The notes under the pieces: generated by a model
Databases searched by the model: none
What the model was told of the DNA's origin: nothing
What the model saw: only the letters and a program-made list of their open reading frames with translations
Position numbers and translations under genes: made by a program
Source of the DNA: a virus
Taxonomy: Duplodnaviria > Caudoviricetes
DNA length: 64,000 bases
Virus record (IMG/VR): IMGVR_UViG_3300032007_000015
Direction: 5' to 3' (one strand)
Part shown: one piece after another, positions 61,972-64,000 of the stretch
Numbering within the stretch: the first letter of the stretch is position 1
Layout of the letters: the number at the start of each line of letters is the position of its first letter

Positions 61972-63162
61972 TTAGTGTTTACAAACAGTTATCGCCTCTC
62001 TTGCACGAGTAATAGCAGTATACTTTAATGCAGTTGAATATTCTATATCAGATGTATTATAATCATCTAAAAATAATACATTCTGATATTGACTACCTTG
62101 AGAAAGATGCACAGTTATTGCATATGCATATTCAAATAATTCAGAGCCAATTTTATATGATAAATTATCTTTATTTCCAGGTTGACTATTTAAACCATCT
62201 AAATCAACAGTTAAATGTTTAAATATCTTTGTAGTAAAGTCTGGCATAAAATCAATATCAATAGTATGCCTCTTTGTATTATATGTGCTCTTATCAACAT
62301 AATCAACAAAACCTGCTGTGCCATTTGTTAAATATATTCCACCGTCTACTGATTTACTCCAATTATTTTTTCTGCATATAATTTTTTCTTTATAATTTGG
62401 AAATTCTAAATGATTTATACCTAAAAAGTTTTCTCTAAATAAATCGTTCACTTGTCCACGTAATCTATTCGTACAAGTTAATATTATATCAGAATGTTCC
62501 ATCTGATATCTAGTGAGGTTTCTTTTTGTTATAACTGAAGATTTACCATACACACCTTCTACTAAATTTCTATGTGCCAGCACCTCTTGTGACAGATAAA
62601 TTATTGGGTCTCCCTCTTTTTGTCTCATTATATGTGATAATCGAACATCAGGACTCTTTAAAAAATATGGTTTACCAAATACTGGTGGCAATTGATTTGG
62701 ATCACCTAAAACAACTGTAGGAATTCCAAAAGATAATAAATCAATTGCATTTTGTTCAGGAACCATATATCCTTCATCTATTACAATAAGTTTAATTCCT
62801 TTACCTATTTTATCTTTTAATTTAAATGCAGGTCTCATTAGAGGTTTGCCTTTATCATTAAAAACTAATCTTCCAGTTTCTTCATCACGAACAAACTCTT
62901 TTTCATAAGTATAGCAAGCTGAATGAATCGTTTTTGCAGGTAAACCATTTTTTATCATTTGACTAACTGCTTTACCCATATATGCTATGAATAATACTTC
63001 ATCTAGCTCTAATCCTAAATTTTGTATAAAATATCTAATTAAGGTTGTTTTTCCAGTTCCAGCTGGTCCAACAATTTCAAATGTCTGATTTGACGATTTA
63101 TGCCACCAATGTTCTAAATCATATTCAGCATAAATCTGTTCTTGGTTTAATTCTATTCCCAT
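61972..63162 (-). CDS. Dda/RecD-like superfamily 1B helicase
   Basis: GPAGTGKT, TIHS, IDE, GDPNQLPPV, YAITVHLSQGS, YTAITRA. Confidence 0.93.
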   Translation of the reverse strand: MGIELNQEQIYAEYDLEHWWHKSSNQTFEIVGPAGTGKTTLIRYFIQNLGLELDEVLFIAYMGKAVSQMIKNGLPAKTIHSACYTYEKEFVRDEETGRLVFNDKGKPLMRPAFKLKDKIGKGIKLIVIDEGYMVPEQNAIDLLSFGIPTVVLGDPNQLPPVFGKPYFLKSPDVRLSHIMRQKEGDPIIYLSQEVLAHRNLVEGVYGKSSVITKRNLTRYQMEHSDIILTCTNRLRGQVNDLFRENFLGINHLEFPNYKEKIICRKNNWSKSVDGGIYLTNGTAGFVDYVDKSTYNTKRHTIDIDFMPDFTTKIFKHLTVDLDGLNSQPGNKDNLSYKIGSELFEYAYAITVHLSQGSQYQNVLFLDDYNTSDIEYSTALKYTAITRAREAITVCKH

Positions 63163-63266
63163 TCTTATTTATCCTTTCTATTTATTAATTAAATTAGTGT
63201 ATTTATTAAGATTTAAAGATATAATTCAAAAACCATAATATAACTATAAAAAGGAGGTATATAGTC

Positions 63267-63608
63267 ATGATATCTCAATTTAATATAAATTTTGAAATAG
63301 ATTCTCCTATAGGATATTCAATTGGTAAACAAAGTATATCCATGAATGAAACTGCAAAATTGTATATTCCATTATTTATGACATTGATAGAGAAAGATGA
63401 TAAACCTATAACTAAAAAAATTTCTATAAATTCATCTAATACGATATTTATAAATGATGAATCATGTAAACCAATAACAAGTAGATTTGTTAATGAGGAT
63501 AACTATATAGAAATAGAAAATAGATCTTTTAATAAAATAAACCTTGAAAATAATGAAAAAGTGTTTTGTTATACACCAATAAATACTTTAAATAATATGT
63601 ATTTTTAA
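63267..63608 (+). CDS. Hypothetical protein, probably late
   Basis: ORF with AGGAGG SD. Confidence 0.65.
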   Translation: MISQFNINFEIDSPIGYSIGKQSISMNETAKLYIPLFMTLIEKDDKPITKKISINSSNTIFINDESCKPITSRFVNEDNYIEIENRSFNKINLENNEKVFCYTPINTLNNMYF

Positions 63609-63630
63609 GATATAAAGGAAGGTGAATATA

Positions 63631-64000
63631 ATGAAAATACCTGCTACAATAGATGAGTTTATAGAAATGAAGGAGAATTTTAAAATTTCACAAGATAAAA
63701 TAAAAAAATTCTTTTATTTTCATAATGAAGAAAACGATGAATATTTAAAAGTTCCATATTCTCCTTTGATAAATAAATATAAAGAATATTTTGATAAAAT
63801 AACAACAACTATTATTCTTAATGAAAAAGAATATAAAAAATATAAATTTTCTCCCAAAAAAATTTCAAATGATATATATGGAACAACCGAATTATGGTCT
63901 ATGATATTATATATTAATAATTGTAAATCGATAACAGATTTTAATTTATATAAAATAAAATTATTTTATCCAGACCAAATAAATGACTTAATTAATGAAA
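63631..64000 (+). CDS. Baseplate wedge (T4 gp53/LysM-like) protein, truncated by the window end
   Basis: PKKISNDIYGTTELWSMILYINN motif; open to the window end. Confidence 0.65.
   Translation, partial: MKIPATIDEFIEMKENFKISQDKIKKFFYFHNEENDEYLKVPYSPLINKYKEYFDKITTTIILNEKEYKKYKFSPKKISNDIYGTTELWSMILYINNCKSITDFNLYKIKLFYPDQINDLINE

Noticed and set aside
492-62222. Numerous 60-160 aa ORFs antisense to or nested in long genes
   Set aside because: Shadow frames of AT-rich coding sequence.
1-64000. CRISPR array from the recurring 27-30 nt elements
   Set aside because: Copies are dispersed and gene-flanking, not tandem with unique spacers; no cas genes.
1-64000. tRNA, tmRNA or rRNA genes; nuclear-shell or tubulin genes
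   Set aside because: None recognised by eye in this window; a tRNAscan or HMM search would be needed to exclude them.

Overview
Very AT-rich segment of a jumbo phage genome of the phiKZ/AR9(PBS1)-like supergroup, probably infecting an anaerobic Firmicute (NrdDG, AAAGGAGG Shine-Dalgarno sites). It encodes multisubunit RNA polymerase subunits (three non-virion-type, one large virion-type beta), terminase, prohead protease, DnaB, primase, RecA, SbcC, NAD-dependent ligase, two more helicases, dUTPase, NrdDG and, unusually, polyphosphate kinase 1. Four group I introns could be spliced by hand at U/G junctions to restore conserved proteins: two near-identical ORF-less introns in the RNAP beta N-terminal gene, one in nrdD, and one HNH-carrying intron in the terminase. 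The most striking unexplained signal is a dispersed family of 13 predicted small H-type RNA pseudoknots (shared UAAA(A)C loop, compensatory base changes). Nine sit just upstream of ribosome-binding sites and four just after stop codons. They bracket accessory genes, several encoding small membrane peptides, in mix-and-match expression cassettes with their own repeated promoter. Three candidate structured ncRNAs and several phage promoter classes are also visible. All calls come from reading the sequence and recalled motifs; no database searches were run.
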